The notes under the pieces were generated by a model. The model saw only the letters and a list, made by a program, of their open reading frames with translations. It had not been told where the DNA came from and ran no database searches. Positions 10,505-19,900 of a DNA stretch of 59,150 nucleotides are shown here, one piece after another. Within the stretch, counting starts at the first letter, position 1. Each line of letters opens with the position of its first letter. The DNA is from a virus, in UHGV virus genome UHGV-0115240; one strand, given 5' to 3'. The position numbers were made by a program, and so were the translations under genes.

Positions 10505-11011
10505 ATGAGCGGTTGGATAAAAATACATAGAGACATTTTGTATCACGAAATATGGAGTGATAAGCCGTTTTCAAAAGGGCAAGCATGGATTGACCTTATT
10601 CTTATGTCGAATCATTCAGACAATAAATGCATGGTCGGGAATAAGGTAGAAGAAATTAAGCGTGGTAGTTTTATCACGTCTGAACTGAAATTGATGGACA
10701 GGTGGGGATGGGGAAGAAAAAAGGTTCAGTTGTTCTTGAAGTTTCTGGAAAGTGAATCCATGATTGTCCGAAGTGCGAACAACAAAAGAACAGCAATAAC
10801 CATTGTGAATTATGATGTTTATCAATATCAGGGAACATCAAAAGAACAACAAAAGAACAACAAAGGAACATCAAAAGCACACAAACAAGAAAGAAAGAAT
10901 GAAAAGAATGTAAGAAATTATAATAATTTCGAGCGTAGGAAGTACGACATGGATTCACTAGAAAGTAAGTTGATGGAGGTGAATATGAATGGCAAAATCA
11001 ATAAAGCATAG
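10505..11011 (+). CDS. Putative replication initiation or replisome-organizer protein with a winged-helix N-terminal domain.
   Basis: WIKIHRDIL...W...PFSKGQAWIDLILMSN...IKRGSFITSELKLMDRWGWGRKKVQLFLKFLE resembles N-terminal domains of phage replication proteins. There is a low-complexity KEQQKNNKG tail. Confidence 0.5.
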   Translation: MSGWIKIHRDILYHEIWSDKPFSKGQAWIDLILMSNHSDNKCMVGNKVEEIKRGSFITSELKLMDRWGWGRKKVQLFLKFLESESMIVRSANNKRTAITIVNYDVYQYQGTSKEQQKNNKGTSKAHKQERKNEKNVRNYNNFERRKYDMDSLESKLMEVNMNGKINKA

Positions 11012-11486
11012 TTTCAATGGAAGTCCAAGGAAACAGTCAATTGGCTTTAATCAAGGGAATATGGCTGCATTTATGTATGCCAGTTCAAAACGGAAGAGAA
11101 AGAAACGGGTGAAAGGGAAATGAATTGGGCGAACAAAGCACATAAGAGAATAGAAAAGCAAAAAATCTGACGAAAAGTATAGTAAGGATTTGAGAAATGC
11201 ATTAGATTTATTCTTCTTGATCACAGCAGACTATCTGCACAGGCATGAGTGATATTCAAAAAAGAGACTTATTAGGTTCATCGATTTTGCAGTTCAACAA
11301 CTGCATTACGCGGAAGAAGATAGTAACTACTTTCTCTTGATGAATGAAGCGTTATGTGACGAAACCGGGATAAATGTTTTAAAGGGATTTGTGAGAAAGA
11401 AAAAGAAATATAAGAAGTGACAACAGGAATTTTGATACTGGCAGCGTTTCTGATCGGAGCAATGGTCGGGTACTGCTGCGGAAAGG

Positions 11487-12014
11487 ATGAATAATATGGA
11501 AAAGGAATTTACAAAAGCAGATTTGAAAGATGGTATGGTGATTGAAACAAGAGAAAGAGGAAGATACCTTGTGCTTGGAAATATAGCTACAAGAAATAGT
11601 GGTTACAACAGGTTAAGCAGATATGGGGATGATTTAACAGAACATTCATTTCACAATAAAGCATATGACATTGTTAGAGTTTTTAAGGTAAGGAATGATT
11701 GCTCGAGCAATTTAGAAGGTCTACTTGAAGATTGCAATCTTGAAATTATCTGGGATCGCAAAGAAACCAAGCGCATGACTGCCGAAGCAATGCGACAGAA
11801 GTTGGAAGAACTGACAGGAGAGAAGATTGAGGTTGAACCAAGTAGAGAAGAGATGATTGGTGCGTGTTATGAGTTCTGCAATAAAAACAAATGTCTGTGT
11901 CCGAGACCGTGTATTTTGATTGGTAGTGGAAATTGCGCTTTTAGAAACTATTCCGATGAACAATTAAAAGAATGCTACGAGAAGGTGATGAAAGATGGAC
12001 GTAAAGAAAGTTAG
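11487..12014 (+). CDS. Hypothetical protein.
   Basis: 175-aa ORF with RBS GGAAAGGATG. Confidence 0.4.
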   Translation: MNNMEKEFTKADLKDGMVIETRERGRYLVLGNIATRNSGYNRLSRYGDDLTEHSFHNKAYDIVRVFKVRNDCSSNLEGLLEDCNLEIIWDRKETKRMTAEAMRQKLEELTGEKIEVEPSREEMIGACYEFCNKNKCLCPRPCILIGSGNCAFRNYSDEQLKECYEKVMKDGRKES

Positions 12015-12405
12015 AGAAGCGATATATTGCATGAAGTCATTTGCAGACGATACAGTGTGTGAAGAGTGCGATAACTATGATATCTGTGATCATACAATCG
12101 TTGCTGATAATGCGAGAACAGCCATCGAAGCACTGGAAAAGCAGTTGCCGAAGAAACCAATTATTAAAACAAAGAAAGAAGTTCCTCATACTCATAATTT
12201 AGGAAGATTACTTCGTTTTCATTGCCCGAATTGCGGAAGATTTATTGTTGCGATATATGAATCAGATACTGAACGAGGTGGTGGAATCTCAAACTCTTTA
12301 AAAGGGTGTTCTACTTGCTTACAAGCGATTGATTTTTCAGAGTATTACACCAAGAGAGACGTTGACAATAATAAGTTGAATGAAGACATAGAATGGAGCA
12401 ATTAA
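11995..12405 (+). CDS. Cys-rich zinc-ribbon protein.
   Basis: CEECDNYDIC and CPNCGR motifs. Confidence 0.4.
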   Translation: MDVKKVREAIYCMKSFADDTVCEECDNYDICDHTIVADNARTAIEALEKQLPKKPIIKTKKEVPHTHNLGRLLRFHCPNCGRFIVAIYESDTERGGGISNSLKGCSTCLQAIDFSEYYTKRDVDNNKLNEDIEWSN

Positions 12406-12542
12406 ATAGAAGTTGAGTAATTGAGTTCTTGCGAGTTTTTTAAGAGTGAACTCGCAAGAGACTCGGAAAGGTGAAGCAAAAAACATCTTGATATGTATCG
12501 ACTTGCAAGGGAAATAGCAAGAGAAATGAAAGGAGTGATTCA

Positions 12543-13061
12543 ATGAACGTACTAGAGAAGATATTGGAAGAGATAAGAGACAATGCCAAACTTGGGAATA
12601 TGCACTTGGAAAGCATAAGAATTGAAAAAGTAGAGGAAATCATCCGCTCACACATGGATGAAGTTACTTCCGAAAAGGAGAAAGTAACGAGTGCAGAGAT
12701 AATAACCAGACAAATTGATGGAAAACCATATTATCATATTAAGCTCAAAAAAGTCGGCGAAGATGAATATACGATTGGGTATAGTTCTTTCAAACTGGAT
12801 TATGTTGTTAAATGGCTTAATGATTACTTTGAATTTTGCGGAGAAGCAAAAGTATCTTGTGATGATAACGGTTGGATTCCGGTGGAAGAGCGGTTGCCAG
12901 AAAATGGAACATACCTTTGCACACTAGATGGAGAATTATGCGGAATTGATGAGCCGTTTACAGGGATGTGTGGAATTGAAAATGGAAAATGGGATGAAGA
13001 AGGATGCGTGATTGCATGGCAGCCACTTCCGAAGCCGTACAAGGAGGAAAAGAAATGCTGA
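12543..13061 (+). CDS. DUF551-type phage protein.
   Basis: C-terminal WIPVEERLPENGTYL...CVIAWQPLPKPY is the characteristic DUF551 pattern. Confidence 0.55.
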   Translation: MNVLEKILEEIRDNAKLGNMHLESIRIEKVEEIIRSHMDEVTSEKEKVTSAEIITRQIDGKPYYHIKLKKVGEDEYTIGYSSFKLDYVVKWLNDYFEFCGEAKVSCDDNGWIPVEERLPENGTYLCTLDGELCGIDEPFTGMCGIENGKWDEEGCVIAWQPLPKPYKEEKKC

Positions 13062-13279
13062 GAAAGACCAAAACAAACGAAGCCCAGCGCCAGAAGCAGG
13101 CAGAGAACATCCGACGGCGTGGGATTGAGCAGATGGCAGAGCATGATCCTTCGGAGTCAGCAAAGCGGCAGATGCAGCACAAGCCATACCAGGCGGCGGC
13201 GCTGATCCGGGAGCAGGGAGAGCAGATGCGAAGAGAAACAGCAGAATCTTGGTTAAAACGAAAAAATGTATTAATTTAA
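13055..13279 (+). CDS. Small basic hypothetical protein in a locally GC-rich patch.
   Basis: AGGAGG RBS, then ATG. Local GC is visibly elevated. Confidence 0.35.
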   Translation: MLRKTKTNEAQRQKQAENIRRRGIEQMAEHDPSESAKRQMQHKPYQAAALIREQGEQMRRETAESWLKRKNVLI

Positions 13280-13299
13280 TAGAAAGGAACTTAAGGCTT

Positions 13300-13713
13300 A
13301 TGCGATTAGGAAAATATTTATCCTCATTGACTAAGCCAGAACTTGAAGAATTAAAAAATGTATGCAATTTTGTAGATGAAGATTTAGTTATTATTGATTG
13401 TTTGATAAGAGAGAAAAGCTATGAAGAAATTTCATCTTACATAAAATGTTCTACAGCAACAGTGGGAAGAAAAATATCAGCAATCAGAGATAAAGTAGAA
13501 GGAAGTGAATTAGATATGAAAAACAAGGTTCCTATATGGGAGAAAGCAAATCTAACGATCGAAGAAGCCGCGGAATATAGCAATATCGGGATTTGTAAAT
13601 TAAATGAGATATCAAAAGACCCAAAATGTACGTTTGTTCTTTATGTCGGAAGAAAAAAATTGATAAAAAGAAAGGAATTTGAAAAATTTTTAAATAATAC
13701 TTTAGAGTTGTAA
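13300..13713 (+). CDS. Putative HTH DNA-binding protein, sigma-r4/LuxR-like plus excisionase-like, lying immediately upstream of the integrase.
   Basis: SYEEISSYIKCSTATVGRKISAIR is HTH-like, and LTIEEAAEYSNIGICKLNEI is a second HTH. The position suggests an excisionase (Xis) role. Confidence 0.4.
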   Translation: MRLGKYLSSLTKPELEELKNVCNFVDEDLVIIDCLIREKSYEEISSYIKCSTATVGRKISAIRDKVEGSELDMKNKVPIWEKANLTIEEAAEYSNIGICKLNEISKDPKCTFVLYVGRKKLIKRKEFEKFLNNTLEL

Positions 13714-13792
13714 TATAGACATATGAGCCTTATTATAGTATTATATAGGACTATATCAAGGCTCTTTTTCTTTTGGAAGGAGATATAATACT

Positions 13793-14926
13793 ATGGGAAA
13801 GGATTTAAAAGGAAAAGAGTTAGGTGTTGGAATTTCTCAAAGAAAGGACGGGTTATATACAGCAAGATTTGTAAGTAAAGCAACCGGAAAATCTATTCAA
13901 AAATATTTTCCTAAATTACAGGAATGTCGGAAGTGGTATGCGGACGCTAGGTTCCAAGATGAACATGGTGGAATCAATGCAAGCGGGAACATGACAGTTA
14001 AAGCTTGGTTTGAATATTGGATTACAACTATTAAAGGGAACAGTATTCGACCAAACACAATAAGAAATTATAAAGAAAGATTCAAACACAATATTGATCG
14101 TTGCATAGGAAATATGCTCATATCAGAAGTAAAGCCAATGCATTGCCAAAACGTATTAAATCAGATGAAAGATGATTATAAAACTTCAACGATATATCAA
14201 ACTAGAATTACTTTGTATTCAATGTTTTCAGATGCTGTCGAGAATGATGTTATACTAAAGAACCCGGTAACAAAATCTGTTAAGTATAATATAGGGAAAG
14301 AGCCTAAAAAAGTTCGCGCATTGACTATTGAAGAGCAAAAGAAATTTTTGGAAACTGCAAAAGGTACTAGCAATTATAATCAGTTTGCTTTTTTATTACA
14401 AACTGGATTGCGTACCGGGGAACTTATCGGATTAAAATGGTCTGACATTGATTTTAAGAGAAAGGTAATGCATATAGAGAGAAGTATGGAATACAGACAC
14501 TCTGTTGGCGAATGGCGAATAGGAGAACCCAAAAGTAAATCTGGATATCGCGACGTTCCTTTAACAGAAGAAGCTATTTCTATATTAAAAAAACAAAAAG
14601 AAAAGTTGAAAGAAATAAAAGTGATCAATATTCAGTTTAAAGACTTTGTGTTTTTATGCAGAAAGGGTGAGCCAACAAAGAATTCTGCTTACGATACGTC
14701 CTTATTTAAATTATGTGACAAGGCTGGTATCGATAGATTTTCAATGCATGTTCTAAGACACACGTATGCAACTAGAGCAATAGAGGGAGGAATAAGACCC
14801 AAAACATTGCAAGTTATTTTAGGGCATTCGAATGTTGGTATCACCATGAATCTATACGTGCATGTTACAGAAGATGAAAAGTTAAAAGAGGTAGAAAAGA
14901 TAGAAAAAGTCCTAAAAATTGTGTAG
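13793..14926 (+). CDS. int: Tyrosine site-specific integrase.
   Basis: Catalytic box R...HVLRHTYATRAIEGG...LGHSNVGITMNLYVH (R-H-R-Y). Confidence 0.9.
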   Translation: MGKDLKGKELGVGISQRKDGLYTARFVSKATGKSIQKYFPKLQECRKWYADARFQDEHGGINASGNMTVKAWFEYWITTIKGNSIRPNTIRNYKERFKHNIDRCIGNMLISEVKPMHCQNVLNQMKDDYKTSTIYQTRITLYSMFSDAVENDVILKNPVTKSVKYNIGKEPKKVRALTIEEQKKFLETAKGTSNYNQFAFLLQTGLRTGELIGLKWSDIDFKRKVMHIERSMEYRHSVGEWRIGEPKSKSGYRDVPLTEEAISILKKQKEKLKEIKVINIQFKDFVFLCRKGEPTKNSAYDTSLFKLCDKAGIDRFSMHVLRHTYATRAIEGGIRPKTLQVILGHSNVGITMNLYVHVTEDEKLKEVEKIEKVLKIV

Positions 14927-15213
14927 TAAATTGTGTAGTAAAAATATAGAGAAAGGCGAAAACCCGTAAAATTGCAGGGTTTTTAGACAGGTAAAGATAA
15001 AAATGAAACTAGGTATTGTAATTTATTGACTAAAATTATATATATCTATAAATAATTATAAATACATATAAAACAGCAATTTTGCGTTGCTTTGATAGAT
15101 TTTGTAAGTTATAAATATCTATAACAATCTATATGTTTTTATACGAAAATTGTGTAGTGATTGTGTAGTAAATGTGTAGTAAATTTTATAAAGAGCCTTG
15201 ATATAAAAATGAA
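14919..15213. promoter_or_regulatory. attP-like region: an AT-rich core flanked by five copies of the direct repeat TTGTGTAGT(A/G)A, which look like integrase arm-type sites.
   Basis: Repeat copies at about 14922, 14934, 15149, 15161 and 15174. A hairpin AAAACCCgtaaaattgcaGGGTTTT lies after the int stop. The tract between is extremely AT-rich. Confidence 0.55.
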
Positions 15214-15276
15214 TTGGACGTGATATTTTCACGTTCTTTTTTTATGCGAAAATTTAAGTATAGGGAGGTATACTGT

Positions 15277-15444
15277 ATGTTTACCGATGAATTTTTAGAA
15301 AGAATTTTTTCAAATGAAGAAATGCAGAAACTTCCGGTTGGTATGCAATCGACTGTTGTAAATGCTTTTCAAGATGTAATGGAAGAAATAAAGGAGGAAT
15401 ACCCTTATGCAGACTTATCCGCAATATTATCCACAGATGAATAA
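15277..15444 (+). CDS. Hypothetical small protein.
   Basis: RBS AGGGAGG. Confidence 0.35.
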   Translation: MFTDEFLERIFSNEEMQKLPVGMQSTVVNAFQDVMEEIKEEYPYADLSAILSTDE

Positions 15445-15928
15445 TTATGGGCAGCAGTACAATCCACAGCAGCCATATATGGATAGGTTAGCAGGATTAC
15501 AACAATATCAGCAGACGTTGCAGCAGCCGCAAATGGTAGGGACACAAATGTCCTTGCCAAATCAGCCTATCGGATTAAACGGGAAAATGGTAGATGCTGT
15601 AGAGCAAATCACAGCAAACGACGTTCCGATGGATGGAAGTGTTGCGATCTTCCCGAAAAAGGATATGTCAGAGATTTATTTGAAGTCATGGACACCAAAC
15701 GGAACAATCGCAACAGTTGTTTTTAAGCCGGTTTTAGAGGAACAGGCAAACAATTCTGTGTCTATTCCACCAGAAATGAAAATAGGCATGAATAACGAGG
15801 TTACAGAGGTATTTATGCAAAGGTTTGATGAACTAAAAGACAAGATAGAAGAATTAGAAAAATCTATGTCTAAACCTATAACTAAAACAGCGGTTTCTAG
15901 GACTAAAAAGGAGAGTGAAGAACAATGA
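15407..15928 (+). CDS. Q/N/Y-rich (prion-like N-terminus) hypothetical protein.
   Basis: MQTYPQYYPQMNNYGQQYNPQQPYM... RBS AAAGGAGG. Confidence 0.45.
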   Translation: MQTYPQYYPQMNNYGQQYNPQQPYMDRLAGLQQYQQTLQQPQMVGTQMSLPNQPIGLNGKMVDAVEQITANDVPMDGSVAIFPKKDMSEIYLKSWTPNGTIATVVFKPVLEEQANNSVSIPPEMKIGMNNEVTEVFMQRFDELKDKIEELEKSMSKPITKTAVSRTKKESEEQ

Positions 15929-16164
15929 ATCCCTTAATGATGATTGGTCAAATGATGAAAAATGGAGGAAATCCGCAGCAGATTTTTCAACAGATGATGG
16001 GGAATAATCCGTCTATGAATAATCCGATTATGAAAAACGCGTTTGAAATGGCACAAAAAGGAGATTCAAAAGGGGTTGAAGAACTCGCAAGAAATTTATG
16101 CAGGGAAAAAGGGATAAACCCGGATGAAGCGATAACAAAAGTAAAACAGCAATTAGGAATGTAG
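15925..16164 (+). CDS. Hypothetical Q/M/N-rich small protein.
   Basis: 79-aa ORF. Confidence 0.4.
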   Translation: MNPLMMIGQMMKNGGNPQQIFQQMMGNNPSMNNPIMKNAFEMAQKGDSKGVEELARNLCREKGINPDEAITKVKQQLGM

Positions 16165-16235
16165 CATATTAGAGGTTGCCGGCATAATACTTAAGTTCCT
16201 CTTTATGAATAAACAAAATAAGGAGGACATCTAAT

Positions 16236-16991
16236 ATGTTCAATACAGGTAATTGTTCCGTTCCATTGGTAGCTTCTATTGATGGTAATGGAAACAACGG
16301 AAATGGCTTTGGCGGCGACGGTTGGGGATGGATCTGGATTATTCTCATTTTCGCAATTTTTGGAGGATGGGGTAACGGCTTTGGCTTTGGCGGTAACGGT
16401 GGAGCAAATTCACCGGGATTACAAGGGCTTGCAACACGCGCCGACATAAACGAGGGATTCGCTCTGAATAACTTGCAGAGTGGAATTACTGCAATTCAGC
16501 AGGGTATTTGTGACAGCACATACGCAACAAACAACGCGATCAACGGCGTAAATATGGGCATGATGCAGGGATTTAATGGCGTAGAGCGTGGTTTCTGTAA
16601 TATGTCTGCACAGTTGGCTCAGTGTTGCTGCGACAACAGGGAAGCAATCGCACAGGTTCGTTATGACATGGCAACACAGGCTTGCGATACAAGACAGACG
16701 ATCCAAAACAGTACGAGAGACATTATTGAAGGGCAGAACGCAGGAACAAGAGCAATTCTTGATTTCCTGACTCAGGATAAGATCGCATCTTTGCAGGCTG
16801 AAAATCAGAGTCTTAAATTCCAAGCTTCTCAGACAGCACAAAATGCTTATATCACTGCGAGTCAGGATGCACAGACAGCGGAATTAATTCGCAGACTTGG
16901 AGCTGATTGTCCGCAGCCGGCTTATTGGGTAAATCCGCCTACACCAGTAGCGGTTCCGAACTGCAACTCTTGTGGTTGCGGATGTGCATAA
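16236..16991 (+). CDS. Gly-rich membrane protein with a YjcZ-like N-terminus and a Cys-rich C-terminus.
   Basis: GNGNNGNGFGGDGWGWIWIILIFAIFGGWGNGFGFGGNG, then the tail ...CNSCGCGCA. RBS AAGGAGG. Confidence 0.5.
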   Translation: MFNTGNCSVPLVASIDGNGNNGNGFGGDGWGWIWIILIFAIFGGWGNGFGFGGNGGANSPGLQGLATRADINEGFALNNLQSGITAIQQGICDSTYATNNAINGVNMGMMQGFNGVERGFCNMSAQLAQCCCDNREAIAQVRYDMATQACDTRQTIQNSTRDIIEGQNAGTRAILDFLTQDKIASLQAENQSLKFQASQTAQNAYITASQDAQTAELIRRLGADCPQPAYWVNPPTPVAVPNCNSCGCGCA

Positions 16992-17080
16992 TTGAATAAA
17001 ACTCGCCGATTTAGGCTGATAACATTTCTATGGGATAGGTCTAAAGGCTTATCCCATATTGATTTAAGGAGGAAAATATT

Positions 17081-17494
17081 ATGGCTTGTAAAAATACTTG
17101 CCGGCTTTGCGATCGCTTGGTTATCTCGGAATCAGTCGTATATACAGCCGGAACAGGTCTTGTTATAAGAATCCCGGCAGGCTCTTATAACGATAAAGAA
17201 AAATATTGTATTGTTGTTGGACAGGCAATTCCTGATACAACAGTAATCAATGCACCTGTGTTTATTCAAATTGGAACCGGAGCAGTACTATATCCACTTA
17301 CACAGCCGGGATGCAATCAGGTAACAGCTTGCGGAATTAAAACTAGAACGCGATATGCAACTGTTGTTCATACATCCGCAGATTCCGGCACATTTAGATT
17401 GTGTAAAAGAGTTTGTTGCGCAACAAATAATTTGAGAGCAATTAACGGAGAGGGAACAGCAGTAGCACCTAGTCCGGTAGGAGGTGACGCATAA
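17081..17494 (+). CDS. Cys-rich hypothetical protein.
   Basis: CKNTCRLCDR...CCATNN. RBS AGGAGG. Confidence 0.4.
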   Translation: MACKNTCRLCDRLVISESVVYTAGTGLVIRIPAGSYNDKEKYCIVVGQAIPDTTVINAPVFIQIGTGAVLYPLTQPGCNQVTACGIKTRTRYATVVHTSADSGTFRLCKRVCCATNNLRAINGEGTAVAPSPVGGDA

Positions 17495-18246
17495 TGCATA
17501 AATTAGCAAAACAGATAGCAGAATGTCTGAAATCAAAGGTAGAAGGCAAAGGAATTGACAATCTCAATTTGGCAGAAGTTGAAGAATTAAAAGCGTGGTC
17601 TGAAATCATTAAAAACATTGTATGCTATGATAAAGATTACAAAATCATAGAAGCAATGGACAAGGCAGAAAAAGAAGATGAAGAAAGCGAAAAGTATTTC
17701 ATCAAAATGCTGAAAGAAGAATACGGCATGGAGGATGAAGAAGAGGCACGCAGATTTTACAGAGGACAGCCACGAAGTAAGACAAGCGGTCGATTTATGA
17801 GTAGGGGTGACGGTAGGCGTAATTACACAACACCTTACTATCATATTCCGCCGTATATGAGAAACGAAGAAGATATGGAATACTATCGTGACATGGACAG
17901 AAACATGGGTAAAATGTATTATTCCGAAAGAGGAATGAACACAAATTCTAGTTCTACAGAAAGAGGAAATTCCACATCTTCAGGAAGAAATCGGAATTAT
18001 TATGGCGGAGAATCCGGTAGAGATTATAGAGAAGGTCGCTCCGGCATGAGTAGACGTTCCTATATGGAAACAAAAGAAATGCATTCTGATAATACGCCCG
18101 AGAGCAAGCAACACAAAATGAAAGAGCTCGAGAAATACATTACGGAACTTGGAAGTGATATTTCTGAAATGATTTCCGATGCGTCCAATGAAGAAAAGAC
18201 GTTGCTTAAGAATAAGTTGCAGGTACTTGCTCAAAAGGTAGTTTAG
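17494..18246 (+). CDS. Acidic and R/S/Y-rich low-complexity protein.
   Basis: EDEESEKY... and SRGDGRRNYTTPYYHIPPYMRNEEDMEYYRDMDRNMGKMYYSERG. Confidence 0.4.
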   Translation: MHKLAKQIAECLKSKVEGKGIDNLNLAEVEELKAWSEIIKNIVCYDKDYKIIEAMDKAEKEDEESEKYFIKMLKEEYGMEDEEEARRFYRGQPRSKTSGRFMSRGDGRRNYTTPYYHIPPYMRNEEDMEYYRDMDRNMGKMYYSERGMNTNSSSTERGNSTSSGRNRNYYGGESGRDYREGRSGMSRRSYMETKEMHSDNTPESKQHKMKELEKYITELGSDISEMISDASNEEKTLLKNKLQVLAQKVV

Positions 18247-18290
18247 GCGTAAAGGGGACTTAATTGTCCCCTTTTTAAGTAGGTGATAAT

Positions 18291-18620
18291 ATGACGTTTA
18301 TAATCAATAATCGAATTTGGCACATTGAATTTGCAAATGCTGCAAGTGAAAAACTGCATAGAAGTGATGGGTCTTTGACTGTAGGTGTTACAGATGGAAA
18401 TGATAATTGCGTGTATCTATCAGATTTGTTATCCGGCTCATTTCTTAAAAAAGTATTGTGCCACGAATTATGCCACTGTTTTATGATGTCCTATAATATT
18501 TCAATTCCGATTGAACAGGAGGAATTTCTTGCAGACTGGATCAGCATTTATGGAGAAGATTTAATTTATCTTCTGGATGATTTAATGAGTGCAATGTCAA
18601 GAGAGGTGCGATATGGATAA
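18291..18620 (+). CDS. Small HExxH zinc-metallopeptidase-like protein (ImmA/IrrE-like or SprT-like).
   Basis: VLCHELCHCF contains H-E-x-x-H. Confidence 0.45.
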   Translation: MTFIINNRIWHIEFANAASEKLHRSDGSLTVGVTDGNDNCVYLSDLLSGSFLKKVLCHELCHCFMMSYNISIPIEQEEFLADWISIYGEDLIYLLDDLMSAMSREVRYG

Positions 18621-18835
18621 AATAGATGAATTGTTGCAATATGTTAGGAAAACGAATCCTGAAATGACAAGAGCAAGACTGATTTTCGAGTTATCACAAA
18701 GCCGATATTCGACAGCAGGGTTGTGGAATACATATAAAAATAGTGCATTTAATAAAGGTAAGAGGTAGCCTAGTCTACTTCTTTCTTTTTACGCTTTTTT
18801 GTGGTAGAATGTTGGTATCATACGAATGGGAGGAT

Positions 18836-19411
18836 ATGAGGATGAAAAAGAAAATTTTATCAATGTTACTCGTAGGGACAATGGCTTTATCAATGACGGC
18901 TTGTGGAAGTGGAAAAGAAAGCGGAGTATCAGAAGCGGAATACGACAAGGTTGTAAAAGAACGCGATCAGTACAAGGAAGAGTTAGAAGAAATTAAAAAG
19001 AAGGAAGAGGAGAGTAAAGAAACAAAAGAATTTAAAGTAGGCGAAACATGGGAAGTTGATGGGAAGTTTAAAGTCACTGTAAATTCTGTAATCGCAACAG
19101 ATTATCGTAATCAATTTGATGAAAGTAATCCAGCCGCAGTGTATGTAATTAATTATACATATGAAAATATCGGATTAAAAGAAGATTTGTATGTTAATTT
19201 TGAATCGAAAGTTGTGGACAATGCCGGAAAAGTGGCAAGTTCTTATCCCGGTGATACTGAAAAATATCCAGAATCAGTTCCTACAGGAGCGTTTTGTGAA
19301 GCAGAAGTTACGATAGGCGTTGAAAATGCCGGAAGCTTTAAAGACTATGTTTCGATTTATGACGACGATTACAATGAGTATTCAGCTATATTTAATTTAG
19401 AAGTACAATAA
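18836..19411 (+). CDS. Lipoprotein, DUF4352-like.
   Basis: Signal peptide plus lipobox ...ALSMTAC. The body GETWEVDGKFKVTVNSV resembles DUF4352. RBS GGGAGG. Confidence 0.55.
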   Translation: MRMKKKILSMLLVGTMALSMTACGSGKESGVSEAEYDKVVKERDQYKEELEEIKKKEEESKETKEFKVGETWEVDGKFKVTVNSVIATDYRNQFDESNPAAVYVINYTYENIGLKEDLYVNFESKVVDNAGKVASSYPGDTEKYPESVPTGAFCEAEVTIGVENAGSFKDYVSIYDDDYNEYSAIFNLEVQ

Positions 19412-19428
19412 AAAAGGAGAAATTTGTT

Positions 19429-19785
19429 ATGAAAACTTGGAAATTGGTATCTGGTATTTTGTCAATTATTTTATTCGTAGTGGTATCTTTTCAATCTTGC
19501 GCGGTTGGAATCGGAAACACGCTTGGGGAAACAGGGGAAGTTGGTGGAAGTGGAGGAATTGTTCTTTCAATCTTAATGCTTGCTGGAGGAATTGTTTCAA
19601 TCGCTACTAGAAACACAAAAGGGAAAGGCGGGAACATTTCTTTAATTATTCTTTTTGGGTTAGCTTCATTTTTCGGTTTTGTATTGGCAGGAAGTTATAC
19701 AGACTTGAAAATTTGGGCAGGATGGTGTTTAATCAATGCTATTTTAGCAGTTGTTGCGATCGTAAAAAGTAAGAAAACAGAATAA
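19429..19785 (+). CDS. Integral membrane protein.
   Basis: Four predicted TM stretches. RBS AAAGGAG. Confidence 0.5.
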   Translation: MKTWKLVSGILSIILFVVVSFQSCAVGIGNTLGETGEVGGSGGIVLSILMLAGGIVSIATRNTKGKGGNISLIILFGLASFFGFVLAGSYTDLKIWAGWCLINAILAVVAIVKSKKTE

Positions 19786-19802
19786 TTTTTGATGTACTGA
19801 TA

Positions 19803-19833
19803 GCGGTGGAGAAATCTACCGCTATTTTCTTAA
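19803..19833 (+). terminator. Rho-independent terminator.
   Basis: AGCGGTGGagaaatcTACCGCT followed by ATTTTCTT. Confidence 0.6.
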
Positions 19834-19841
19834 AAAACACT

Positions 19842-19882
19842 TGACAAAATGTAATTACAATATTAATATGTAATTACATTAA
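19842..19882 (+). promoter_or_regulatory. Promoter (TTGACA, 17 bp, TAATAT) overlapped by two palindromic operators TGTAATTACA.
   Basis: cTTGACAaaaTGTAATTACAatattaatatGTAATTACAtt. Confidence 0.55.
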
Positions 19883-19900
19883 GTGAAAGGAGATGGTATA

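Noticed and set aside
10840-10880. AAAGAACAACAAAAGAACAACAAAGGAACA direct repeats as an origin.
   Set aside because: They lie inside the coding sequence and simply encode the low-complexity KEQQKNNKG tail of the replication protein. An origin function cannot be inferred from this.
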